Shown: piece after piece, positions 46,615 to 54,911 of the stretch
How the letters are laid out: every line of letters begins with the position of its first letter
How positions within the stretch are numbered: the stretch's first letter is position 1
Sequence record: MG655267.1
Direction: 5' to 3' (one strand)
DNA length: 64,000 nucleotides
Notes under the pieces: model-generated
What the model was told of the DNA's origin: nothing
What the model saw: the letters and a program-made list of their open reading frames with translations, nothing else
Database searches by the model: none
Made by a program: the position numbers and the translations under genes

Positions 46615-47553
46615 ATGTTAGAGTTACTGATGTTAGGACACACCACCCAAAGCGCGGGGGGTAAGCAGGAAGACATCAAGACTGACGTCTCGGGACTCAT
46701 TGCAAAATATAGCAATGCAGGATCTATCAGCGCCTTAAATATCACCGTTGGCGCCAGCGCCGGCCTTGCAGTATATGACAACCAATTAATCCTCATTAAT
46801 CCGGGTTCGATGAGCTATTATGACATCAACACCTTTGCATTAAAGAAGAGCACAACCAACAACGTCAATATCAGCGTTAGTTTTAACAGTGTTGCGCATC
46901 AGTCAGGCAAACATTGGTGGTTTGGTCAGGATCGTACTACCGCAGTAATTTACCATGCGGATTTAGAAACTGGGGTCATTACCAAATACCCTACGCCACC
47001 GGTTAAGAAAGGTATGTTCTTTGCTTATAACGGCAGGCTCTGGTTAGTAGGTGGCTGGGTGGGTAGTGTTAGTAATACCACGACCATCTACAGCATCGAC
47101 TACAGCAACCCCGTGAGTTGGAGTAGCCAGCCTTTAAACACTCCATTACCTCGTCAGTTAGCGGGCGCATCAGCCTATTTCACCACAAATGGTTTAGTGG
47201 CGTTTGTCGGAGGCGGGGCAGTAAGTAGTTCCGGAGATACCGATGGCACAGGTTATACCAGTGTCATGCTCCTCAATCCCGATACATTAACCTTCACAGG
47301 CAAGACGATCTCCACACCAATGGGTGGCGGGTATCACAACCCGAACTTTGTCTTCAACGACACCGCGTACCAATTTAAATACACCAACACCGGTCAGCGT
47401 TGGTCGTTAGGTGATGTCAGTCGGGAATCTAGCCTCAGTCCCGCACCGATCATTGGCGGTTACCATAACGCATTCACCATTGCAGGTCGCGTTGCTTTCT
47501 ACGGGAACAGTTACTCTACCAGTCCTGTTTATCTCTACGTTTTACCAGATTAA
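46615..47553 (+). CDS. Kelch-like beta-propeller protein
   Basis: ATG 46615 after GAGG; repeats GRLWLVGG, GLVAFVGGG, GRVAFYG with downstream W/Y; S/T/G-rich. Confidence 0.6.
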   Translation: MLELLMLGHTTQSAGGKQEDIKTDVSGLIAKYSNAGSISALNITVGASAGLAVYDNQLILINPGSMSYYDINTFALKKSTTNNVNISVSFNSVAHQSGKHWWFGQDRTTAVIYHADLETGVITKYPTPPVKKGMFFAYNGRLWLVGGWVGSVSNTTTIYSIDYSNPVSWSSQPLNTPLPRQLAGASAYFTTNGLVAFVGGGAVSSSGDTDGTGYTSVMLLNPDTLTFTGKTISTPMGGGYHNPNFVFNDTAYQFKYTNTGQRWSLGDVSRESSLSPAPIIGGYHNAFTIAGRVAFYGNSYSTSPVYLYVLPD

Positions 47554-47558
47554 GAACC

Positions 47559-47588
47559 GGAGAGGCGTATAGCCTCTCTCTTATGCCG
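47559..47588 (+). terminator. Hairpin + TTATGCCG
   Basis: GAGAGGC-GTATA-GCCTCTC-TCTTATGCCG. Confidence 0.75.
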
Positions 47589-47605
47589 TCAAAAGGAAAT
47601 TAACC

Positions 47606-48016
47606 ATGCGTACACTTGTTGTTGTTTTAACTGAACCGGCTGAGAACCAATCGATTGCTCTGACTATCCGTGACCCGTATCACGAGCTTACCTTTGACAA
47701 GATCGCAGGCTGGATCGAGTCAGCCACCGGTGACAGTGTATTTCGTGACAAATTCGATTTATTGTGTAACGAACACACCCTGGAAGTTTTGGTCGATGTA
47801 GTTGATGACGGCGACACGCCAACGGTGCATTTCGTCTACAGCAATACCCAGTGGAAAGATTGGGTAAAGTCAGTGGCAAAAGCTTTTGTTTACAATGACC
47901 CGCATTCTCGTAACTTCTGCACGGTGAAGGCCGCAGCCGCTTTACTGACCCGTGCGAAACCAACCCTTAGTGACCAACACAGCGATCTGCGTGGCATTGC
48001 CTACGTCGAGGAGTAA
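47606..48016 (+). CDS. Hypothetical protein (possible paralog of 48019)
   Basis: 136 aa, AAGGA RBS. Confidence 0.7.
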   Translation: MRTLVVVLTEPAENQSIALTIRDPYHELTFDKIAGWIESATGDSVFRDKFDLLCNEHTLEVLVDVVDDGDTPTVHFVYSNTQWKDWVKSVAKAFVYNDPHSRNFCTVKAAAALLTRAKPTLSDQHSDLRGIAYVEE

Positions 48017-48018
48017 TC

Positions 48019-48450
48019 ATGGACAACAAGATTCAAGTCGTTATCTTATCGGATGATTCGTATCAGCAACGCTTCCTGTTCCTGGAAGTCCCTGCGCTCG
48101 TGAACAACACCGATACCGACATCACCGTCCGCAAGCTTATTAATGAAGCGACCGCAAAAGGACGCCCTGATTTTAACGTCTCTCTGATCAGTGCAGGGAT
48201 CGGTATGATTGCCGGCTCCAATAATGTTACCATGGAATACCAGATCAAAGCGAACTGCTCAGGTGCCGCTGGTGAGATCGCTGAGTATATCCGCACCGTA
48301 GGTAACTACGAGCGGGTACAGGTAGCAACTAAACCCCACATCGCTCTGGCAATGCTACACAACGAAGACTGGGTAGGTAAGCAAACCATCGATCTGATGG
48401 ATGCAACGCCATTCCTGACCATCACTCCAGTTACTGAAGAGACCTGCTAA
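48019..48450 (+). CDS. Hypothetical protein (possible paralog of 47606)
   Basis: 143 aa, GAGGAG RBS. Confidence 0.7.
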   Translation: MDNKIQVVILSDDSYQQRFLFLEVPALVNNTDTDITVRKLINEATAKGRPDFNVSLISAGIGMIAGSNNVTMEYQIKANCSGAAGEIAEYIRTVGNYERVQVATKPHIALAMLHNEDWVGKQTIDLMDATPFLTITPVTEETC

Positions 48451-48451
48451 C

Positions 48452-49405
48452 ATGGCTGAAGTCATTAAACGCTCGCCGGGGATGAATCACCATCCGGCAC
48501 ACCCTGGTATCTGGGTGCCCTTCGAAAGCTATCGTCTGAAAGACTACTACGACATCAAACTGAAAACCGGTGAGGTGTATAAGTGCTGGTACCCGAACGC
48601 CACCGCCTGGTCACCCCGGGGTGAATTGGTCGAAGGTCAGCCGGGTCGGGTAGAAGATGATGACGTGGTGGAGATCCGCCTGTTACCCGATGAAGAGATC
48701 ACTGACCGTTATTGGTTCAAAGGCGAAGATCGTCTGAAGCGCAATATCGATTTCTTTGGCGATGTGTTGCCGGAAGTGATCACCGCAGAAGATGGCACGG
48801 TAACCTTTAAACCGATCACCCGTCGCGTGTTTGATGAGTTGGTGACCAGTAGTTGGGATGGCGAGAAAGCGATCTGGCTACGGGAGGATGAGTTATCCGT
48901 CGAGGAGCTCAAGACCAGGCTCTGGAGTGAGAAGGGTGACATCGATCCTGATTCGATACTGGGTCGGTCATTCACCACTTATCTGACACTACTCTGCACC
49001 CAGGCCAAGTACGAGCTTGAGTTGCTGGAAGTGCCGTGGAAGGGCAGTACGTTCTACATGAACCTGATGAGCGCCACTGACTATCAGCGTGAAGCGTGTC
49101 TGAATGCAGTGGTCAAACTTGAAGAGTTGGCCGCACAGAAGCAGGCTGAGGGGCGTTTACCTTCTACGCCTTGTCGTGGCGTTGTTCCTCATCTGCGTAA
49201 ACAGCGTGCGGCGGTCACAGCAGCGGTGCATACATTGGTATCTGCCTTGGATCGTAAAGCGATAGCTGGCGCCAAGCACATGAAAGGTGATCGCTTTGTC
49301 ACCAAAGGCGAAGCACGGGTAGTCGATGGTCAGAAACTGACCGGGAAGCAATTACGTAAACTGCAGAAGAAACAACGGAGGGCTGAACGTGGAACAGTCG
49401 AATGA
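48452..49405 (+). CDS. Hypothetical protein with basic C-terminal tail
   Basis: 317 aa; ends GKQLRKLQKKQRRAERG. Confidence 0.75.
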   Translation: MAEVIKRSPGMNHHPAHPGIWVPFESYRLKDYYDIKLKTGEVYKCWYPNATAWSPRGELVEGQPGRVEDDDVVEIRLLPDEEITDRYWFKGEDRLKRNIDFFGDVLPEVITAEDGTVTFKPITRRVFDELVTSSWDGEKAIWLREDELSVEELKTRLWSEKGDIDPDSILGRSFTTYLTLLCTQAKYELELLEVPWKGSTFYMNLMSATDYQREACLNAVVKLEELAAQKQAEGRLPSTPCRGVVPHLRKQRAAVTAAVHTLVSALDRKAIAGAKHMKGDRFVTKGEARVVDGQKLTGKQLRKLQKKQRRAERGTVE

Positions 49406-49697
49406 AGAAATCAAACTGATCAGTGGTGATGAAGAACGTGGCGAAGCTTCGTATTTAGTCGAAAGTGAATACGAAGCCCGTGACGCGTATCAACATTTCA
49501 TTGAGCACTATACTGGCGATTCAATCACCGATGGCGAAGATCAGTGGCACACGGTTGCCAGTGAAGGATTCCTCAGTGACCTTGACTATCCGGTGATTGT
49601 GATCTTCTACATCAACTGGGATCATGCTGACCGTCACGAAGTGAAGTCCGTTCCCGTCAATGGTTTGAGTGCGCTTGCGCCTCATCTGTTCAAATAA
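49389..49697 (+). CDS. Acidic hypothetical protein
   Basis: 102 aa, GTG after GGAGG, overlaps previous stop. Confidence 0.6.
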   Translation: MEQSNEEIKLISGDEERGEASYLVESEYEARDAYQHFIEHYTGDSITDGEDQWHTVASEGFLSDLDYPVIVIFYINWDHADRHEVKSVPVNGLSALAPHLFK

Positions 49698-49722
49698 GTT
49701 CCATTAACCCAAAGAGGTAATT

Positions 49723-50016
49723 ATGTCGTTCACACTGTCAAAGAAACTCGTTCCTGTTCTGCTCACCGCGAAAGACGGCCGTAAGTACGCCGTTGTTAAT
49801 GGCGGTAACCGCGCCAAGCTGACCCTCGGCTTTGATGACGGGATCAGTCAGGAGGTTGCTGTGCCTTCTGAGCAGATTCCTGAAGAAGCGCGCACCAACG
49901 GCACCAAACTGTATTTCGATGCAGAAGGTGCGGTGACGGGCTGGGATGCAGCACCGGGTGGAAAGACGAAGTCAAGCACGACTGCCGGATCAATGACCAT
50001 GCGTCGTCCTGGCTAA
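49723..50016 (+). CDS. Hypothetical protein
   Basis: 97 aa, GAGGT RBS. Confidence 0.7.
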   Translation: MSFTLSKKLVPVLLTAKDGRKYAVVNGGNRAKLTLGFDDGISQEVAVPSEQIPEEARTNGTKLYFDAEGAVTGWDAAPGGKTKSSTTAGSMTMRRPG

Positions 50017-50022
50017 ACCATC

Positions 50023-50050
50023 AGGGGGAGGGAAACCTCCCCTTATGCCG
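50023..50050 (+). terminator. Hairpin + TTATGCCG
   Basis: GGGGAGG-GAAA-CCTCCCC-TTATGCCG. Confidence 0.75.
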
Positions 50051-50062
50051 TATGGAGGGGTT

Positions 50063-50593
50063 ATGAGTTTATTGATCTACACTGACGGGCTGTTAATCGG
50101 TGATCGTCGGGGAACACGTAATGCAGAGCATGAGCGATTCATCCGTGACATGAAGAAGACCCATGTTTCGAAATGCAAACGCTTAGCGTTAGGGGTGGTA
50201 GGGGAAGAGATTCATCCAACAGATCTGCCAAAGGTGATGACCTTCTTTATTAACTCGCTGACCGATCACTATCACCGTGAGCATGATGTGGGCTATGCCC
50301 ACAGTTATAGCGAAGAAGAGTCATTGGTAGCTGGCCTTGAGAATCGTCGTTTTATCCTGATGACAGCTGACCGGGCGTTTATCATTAACTTCGGCTCTTT
50401 GACTGAGATCACTCACGAGCCCTGGTATTGCTCAGGTAACGGAATGGCGATGGCCGATGTCTTTCTGACTGCAGGGATGTCGCCAGGGAAAGTAATTGAA
50501 GCGGTAGCCAAACTCAATCTGGAAGTGGGGCATTCATTTACCCGTGTCGAACAGTCTCGCTTAAAACCCTTGATTAAGAAGGTGGAAGAATGA
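50063..50593 (+). CDS. HslV/proteasome-beta-like Ntn-hydrolase fold protein
   Basis: ATG 50063 after GGAGGG; SLLIYTDGLLIGDRRGT, MKK, LALGVVG, CSGNGMAMA, GMSPGKVIEAV follow the HslV motif order. Confidence 0.65.
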   Translation: MSLLIYTDGLLIGDRRGTRNAEHERFIRDMKKTHVSKCKRLALGVVGEEIHPTDLPKVMTFFINSLTDHYHREHDVGYAHSYSEEESLVAGLENRRFILMTADRAFIINFGSLTEITHEPWYCSGNGMAMADVFLTAGMSPGKVIEAVAKLNLEVGHSFTRVEQSRLKPLIKKVEE

Positions 50594-51108
50594 GTGGCAT
50601 ATTCGCAGCCCAAGGACGTAACCTGGTGTTTCCTACTCAACTGGAGAAAAGGAGTGGGCTTTACTACACCCCGCCTCCTGAAGCGTGCTGGATGCCCTGG
50701 GGGCGTTACTTCCCACTGTCAGCAACCAGCTTCAATATCCTCGAGCATTTCATGACCGGAGAAGATCTGCCACGGGAGAGTTCATACTCGACGCACGTGC
50801 TCGGTATTCTGGTCACACCAAACGGACTGATCTACGAATACATCAATACCGTTGAAGGGATTAGACGGCGGGTTGTTCCTTTGGGTAAAGGTGCAGTGTA
50901 TTGTCGCTCCGATGATCCATTGCTGGAAGAAGCTATGACAGCAGCGATGGTGGTGCATGATCAGCTGGTTGATGCCATTACGCTGGTGAGTAAGTCCCGC
51001 AAACTGATGACCCATCAGTACAAATATACAACACTGGACAAAGTATATGCGGAAATAAAGGAACGTAAAATTGTCCTGCAACCGCCCACGAGGAATAATC
51101 TAATTTAA
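50590..51108 (+). CDS. Hypothetical protein, possible degenerate Ntn-fold partner of 50063
   Basis: ATGA overlap; SGIFAAQGRNLV, GILVTPNGLIYEY, EAMTAAMVVHDQLVDAITLVSK. Confidence 0.5.
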   Translation: MSGIFAAQGRNLVFPTQLEKRSGLYYTPPPEACWMPWGRYFPLSATSFNILEHFMTGEDLPRESSYSTHVLGILVTPNGLIYEYINTVEGIRRRVVPLGKGAVYCRSDDPLLEEAMTAAMVVHDQLVDAITLVSKSRKLMTHQYKYTTLDKVYAEIKERKIVLQPPTRNNLI

Positions 51109-51133
51109 CCCCTGTTTATATAGAAAGGAAAAT

Positions 51134-51580
51134 ATGAACAACTTTATCAACGATGCTTTAGATATCATTGAACTTAACGAAAGTAGTGCACGTACTGAAC
51201 TCTGCCGCAAACAGGAAGCTTCGTTACCGGCCTATATTCTCAAACTGGCGACCCGACTGGCCAAGAAGATTGCCTATGCAGTTAGCTTAATGGAGAGACG
51301 CGATGAAGGGTATGTTCGTCTTGGTACTTATAGCGATCGCTGGTTACTCTGTTTTGGTGACCGCATCAGCCGTTATGGCATGCATACGTCGGGTAAACAT
51401 GCGCTCTATCTTACCTTGGATTGGGCTACTTTTATCCGTGACCATAAGTTATTTGACGTGGCAAATCACCTACTTCAATTGGCTCTGGGCAAGTTGCTTC
51501 CTGGGCATTGTGTGTTACTGGGCGGTGAAACACCCAAACACGAATTCGAGTTCGTGATCTGCAAACAAACAACAAAATAA
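51134..51580 (+). CDS. Hypothetical protein (paralog of 51592)
   Basis: C-terminal LYLTLDWATFIRDHKL...VLLGGETP aligns with next ORF. Confidence 0.7.
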   Translation: MNNFINDALDIIELNESSARTELCRKQEASLPAYILKLATRLAKKIAYAVSLMERRDEGYVRLGTYSDRWLLCFGDRISRYGMHTSGKHALYLTLDWATFIRDHKLFDVANHLLQLALGKLLPGHCVLLGGETPKHEFEFVICKQTTK

Positions 51581-51591
51581 GAGAGGGCGTC

Positions 51592-52011
51592 ATGCCACAG
51601 CGTGGTACAACACCGAGCTTTGCAGAATTCACACAGCAAGAACTGGCAGAGAAGGTAATCCCGATACTGCCAGATTACTGTAACCGTCTTTGTGGGGTCA
51701 TGATCAGTACATGCTTTGCGCATCGCGTTGGGCTTACTGACAAATCTGTACTGCGTTTTGCTGAGTATCACTTCAACCCCACGCCCGACCTAGCGCGACA
51801 AACAGACTGGTCGGTGGAAGTGCGAAGTGAGCAGTGTGTGGTTTATGAACTCAACATCCCCAAGTTTGTCCATGAGGCTGGATTGGTAAAGCAGTTTTTA
51901 GATATCCTCTCCAGCCATCTTGAACTTTATTTCACTGACAGTAAGGTGCTCCTCGGTCATGTACTCCCGCCGTGCTTCCTTACTATCCGCATTGAGAAAA
52001 CAACACCATGA
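51592..52011 (+). CDS. Hypothetical protein (paralog of 51134)
   Basis: VVYELNIPKFVHEAGL...VLLGHVLP. Confidence 0.7.
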   Translation: MPQRGTTPSFAEFTQQELAEKVIPILPDYCNRLCGVMISTCFAHRVGLTDKSVLRFAEYHFNPTPDLARQTDWSVEVRSEQCVVYELNIPKFVHEAGLVKQFLDILSSHLELYFTDSKVLLGHVLPPCFLTIRIEKTTP

Positions 52012-52775
52012 ATCTTTATCTCGTCTCTGACAGTCGTTATACCCCGCCAGGTGATTTCTACAACAACTGGTTAGTCCACGCTAATAGTCGTGACAATGCC
52101 GCGATGTTGTGTAATTCACGTTGTCTGGTTGATACCTTTGAGATTGGTAGCCTGAACTACAACAACGGCGAACTGATCATGATGCACAAGACCGTCCAGC
52201 ACACGGATGAACCGCGTCTGAAGCAGAAGGTTGGGGATGCACTGTATTATCCTTTAACGGTATCACCTGACAGCAGTGCCTTTGACCGTATCATTGGTGA
52301 GATCGTGAACAAAGCCGCCTCTCCGTTACCGGAAGGTGTCTCTGTCGATCGCCTTCTCATCAATGCTGACAGTCCTGAAGCGCTGTTCTTTATCTCGCGC
52401 CATGACTTTGGTGCATCACGTTGTTACTACAAGATCCCCAGTGAACTCGACAGCCAAATCTCTAAACTGCTGGACTTCAATAAAGGTGAGCGTATTCCCC
52501 GTACGTCTCACGAACCGGTTGTGCTCTCCTGGCGTAGTCGTCTCTCCCTCATGATCGCGCGTCAGCATGATGATGCGTACAACCATGAGAAGCTGGAGAT
52601 CTACCGTAAAATGGCATTTGATCTGGTAGCTACCGCTACCGTCGAGGATAGCGCCACGCCTGTTGCCCTCGACCCTGATCAACCGGACTTCAAAGTCTGG
52701 ATGCCGGGAATTGATGAAGAGAAGATCCATCAAGCGCTGGATACGTTAGGTGCGCCACGTCAGTTAGGGGAATAG
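52008..52775 (+). CDS. Hypothetical protein
   Basis: 255 aa, ATGA overlap. Confidence 0.7.
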   Translation: MNLYLVSDSRYTPPGDFYNNWLVHANSRDNAAMLCNSRCLVDTFEIGSLNYNNGELIMMHKTVQHTDEPRLKQKVGDALYYPLTVSPDSSAFDRIIGEIVNKAASPLPEGVSVDRLLINADSPEALFFISRHDFGASRCYYKIPSELDSQISKLLDFNKGERIPRTSHEPVVLSWRSRLSLMIARQHDDAYNHEKLEIYRKMAFDLVATATVEDSATPVALDPDQPDFKVWMPGIDEEKIHQALDTLGAPRQLGE

Positions 52776-52824
52776 CCTATTATATAGGTTGTAACTCAAT
52801 GGGATGGTGATCTTTTATCTTCCG

Positions 52825-52900
52825 CGGGTGAGGGTTAGAACCCGGCTGTGGCCGCATAGCCAAAGTCGGTTAATCAAAGTCGACGGATTTGGATTACCCG
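52825..52900 (+). ncRNA. Candidate structured ncRNA (four-way junction)
   Basis: Closing stem CGGGTGA/TTACCCG encloses three hairpins; lies in a ~190-nt intergenic gap ending at a terminator. Confidence 0.35.
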
Positions 52901-52962
52901 GCGTGACTTGTCATTGTTTCACTTTGTTCTACTACACAAACAGCTCAACTCTCTCATAATTC

Positions 52963-52993
52963 AAGGGGTGGGGTAACTCACCCCTTTATGCCG
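52963..52993 (+). terminator. Hairpin + TATGCCG
   Basis: AAGGGGTGGG-GTAA-CTCACCCCTT-TATGCCG. Confidence 0.75.
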
Positions 52994-53008
52994 CAAGGAT
53001 CTATTATC

Positions 53009-53341
53009 ATGCAGGAATTCTTCAAAAGCTACGGCACGTACTTCTTTGATGTACTCATGTTTATCATGGTGTTCGCCTGGTGTTTCTGTGGCAGTGGCGG
53101 TACACGTCATGACAAAAACAAATGGTTGCGTTACGGCGCACCTGTTGCATTTGGTCTTTTTGTTGTGCTGGTCGTCCACGGGTTTGGTGCATTTGATCGT
53201 TATCTGGAAAGGAATAAGTGCGCTGACTTACCAATAGGTGTCGGTGTAATGATTGAAGACCGCTGCTACAAGCGCGTTGATGGACCCGTGTACATATCCG
53301 CCGACAGTACCGTGTACAAGGAGAGCAATGTACATGACTGA
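53009..53341 (+). CDS. Two-TM membrane protein
   Basis: ATG 53009 after AAGGA; two hydrophobic helices, C-terminal Cys pair. Confidence 0.65.
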   Translation: MQEFFKSYGTYFFDVLMFIMVFAWCFCGSGGTRHDKNKWLRYGAPVAFGLFVVLVVHGFGAFDRYLERNKCADLPIGVGVMIEDRCYKRVDGPVYISADSTVYKESNVHD

Positions 53342-53537
53342 TTTGTGGTTGTACATTGCAATCTTTCTGCTCTGTTATATCTGGGCATTTTTCGGTCTTC
53401 CACCTACCGGTAATAAAAGAAAGCTTTATCTGTATCCGGGAATCGTTGCAGTAGCGTTCTGTTTAGGTGTAATGGCGATTAAGAACTGCAGTGATTCAAC
53501 CACACGATATCAACCGCTGTACAACGTGCATCAATAA
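53334..53537 (+). CDS. Small two-TM membrane protein (paralog of 53009)
   Basis: AAGGAG RBS; MTDLWLYIAIFLLCYIWAFFG...KRKLYLYPGIVAVAF. Confidence 0.6.
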   Translation: MTDLWLYIAIFLLCYIWAFFGLPPTGNKRKLYLYPGIVAVAFCLGVMAIKNCSDSTTRYQPLYNVHQ

Positions 53538-53540
53538 CGG

Positions 53541-53568
53541 GAGGAGGCTTTGGCCTCCTCTTATGCCG
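53541..53568 (+). terminator. Hairpin + TTATGCCG
   Basis: GAGGAGGC-TTTG-GCCTCCTC-TTATGCCG. Confidence 0.8.
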
Positions 53569-53589
53569 ACTATTCTTTTTTGGTTATTT

Positions 53590-53600
53590 CCTACATCTAC
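53590..53600 (+). promoter_or_regulatory. Candidate early promoter variant CCTACATCTAC
   Basis: After a T-rich tract (TTATTTCCTACAT, same context as 32730). Confidence 0.35.
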
Positions 53601-53638
53601 CCGCAAATCATTTAGCCCATTATACACTGGAGTTGTTC

Positions 53639-54190
53639 ATGGAAAAGATTACGAGTGATACGATCCTTGCTAAGTTACGTGAGGTGGCAGAAACAAACAA
53701 AGAAAACCAACATCATAAACTCCGCTCAATAAGCCAAACCATGGCGTACAACATTGAAGCGATCGTCGAGCTGATTGCGTTATCGGGTGAGATGCACCTT
53801 GACCTGCTTGATCGACACAAGGTTGATGCGATCATAGAGCCGCATTACAAAGGCAATCAACGGGCTTATAGTCGATTGAGCCATACCGCCTCTATTCATA
53901 CGGGCATGGAATACCTTGCCGGCAACGCACACATCTATACCAACGACGACGGTAAAGAAGCGGTACGAATCATCTGCACCTTTAAATTTAAGCGCGACTT
54001 CCTGCAACCTAGCTTATTACCTAAGGTACTTCACTACTGCCTGCGGGAGCTTAAGCCGCAACTTGCTGACAGTGGTGCTGTCCTCTTCCACACACAGGGT
54101 GAGCTGGAAGACCCTCGTCTTAAAGGCATTCCGGGCTGGCACGTCGACGCCAACGTCCGTGATAACTCCATTGTCATTACTTTACGTTAA
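53639..54190 (+). CDS. Hypothetical protein
   Basis: ATG 53639 after GGAG; C-terminal half weakly like 51134/51592. Confidence 0.7.
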   Translation: MEKITSDTILAKLREVAETNKENQHHKLRSISQTMAYNIEAIVELIALSGEMHLDLLDRHKVDAIIEPHYKGNQRAYSRLSHTASIHTGMEYLAGNAHIYTNDDGKEAVRIICTFKFKRDFLQPSLLPKVLHYCLRELKPQLADSGAVLFHTQGELEDPRLKGIPGWHVDANVRDNSIVITLR

Positions 54191-54200
54191 GGAATCATAC

Positions 54201-54911
54201 ATGATCGTTGTTGTTGTTGATACTGAATCGACTGCCTTGGATGAACTCGCGGGTATTCTTAGTTTGTCCGCTATTCGCACTAACGTGGCTGACATGAGTT
54301 GCATCAAGCACCTGATCGGTGTGCACCAAGCCGGCAAGACGCATGACGACATCTTCCATGCCGTATTAAACCTCAATGAACAATACGTGATGGGTCGTAC
54401 CTTCTTGCAAAGCACGCAGGATTGGTGGATGAAGAAAACCACCCCGGCGGCGAAGGCTTCAGTAACCGGACCAACGCAGTCTGCAAAAGATGCTTTGACA
54501 GCATTTGTGGCTTTCATCGAAAAGGCCATTGAGGCGACGATTAACGAACGCGGGGAGAAAGCGAAGGTCCAGCTGTACTACCGTGGCGACTTCGATGCTA
54601 AAGCCATTGCGTCCCTGGCAAAAGCGGTGGGTGTTGAACTCCCGTATATCTTCAATCAGAACAAAGAGATCCGCACATATATCGATGCCAAGCTGGACAC
54701 GGATATCGGTTATATCCCGTGGCTCGGTTACCCAGAAGGACTGGGGCGTCATAGCTCACTCGATGATGTTCTAATCGATGGCTTCGAGATGGCGGTGGCC
54801 TATCGCATCAATCACCTCGAAAAGTTCGATAAAAAGTCGGTGCCGGGTGAGATCGCCAAACTGAAAGAAACGTACCCTGTTCCGGAGAAAACCCATGCAA
54901 AATCTAAATGA
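54201..54911 (+). CDS. DEDDh 3'-5' exonuclease (DnaQ/RNase T-like)
   Basis: ATG 54201 after AAGGA; ExoI VVVDTEST, ExoII RGDFD, ExoIII HSSLDD. Confidence 0.85.
   Translation: MIVVVVDTESTALDELAGILSLSAIRTNVADMSCIKHLIGVHQAGKTHDDIFHAVLNLNEQYVMGRTFLQSTQDWWMKKTTPAAKASVTGPTQSAKDALTAFVAFIEKAIEATINERGEKAKVQLYYRGDFDAKAIASLAKAVGVELPYIFNQNKEIRTYIDAKLDTDIGYIPWLGYPEGLGRHSSLDDVLIDGFEMAVAYRINHLEKFDKKSVPGEIAKLKETYPVPEKTHAKSK

Noticed and set aside
52825-52900. tRNA gene
   Set aside because: Cloverleaf-like, but no TTCR T-loop, no 7-nt anticodon loop and no CCA; kept only as an ncRNA candidate
46564-52990. ORF-track starts at ATGCC(G/C) (46564, 50045, 52988)
   Set aside because: These ATGs belong to the terminator motif; downstream ATGs with proper RBS (46615, 50063, 53009) are better starts
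53916-54200. N-terminal 95-aa extension of the exonuclease ORF
   Set aside because: Overlaps the 53639 gene; ATG 54201 has an AAGGA RBS and the ExoI motif starts right after it
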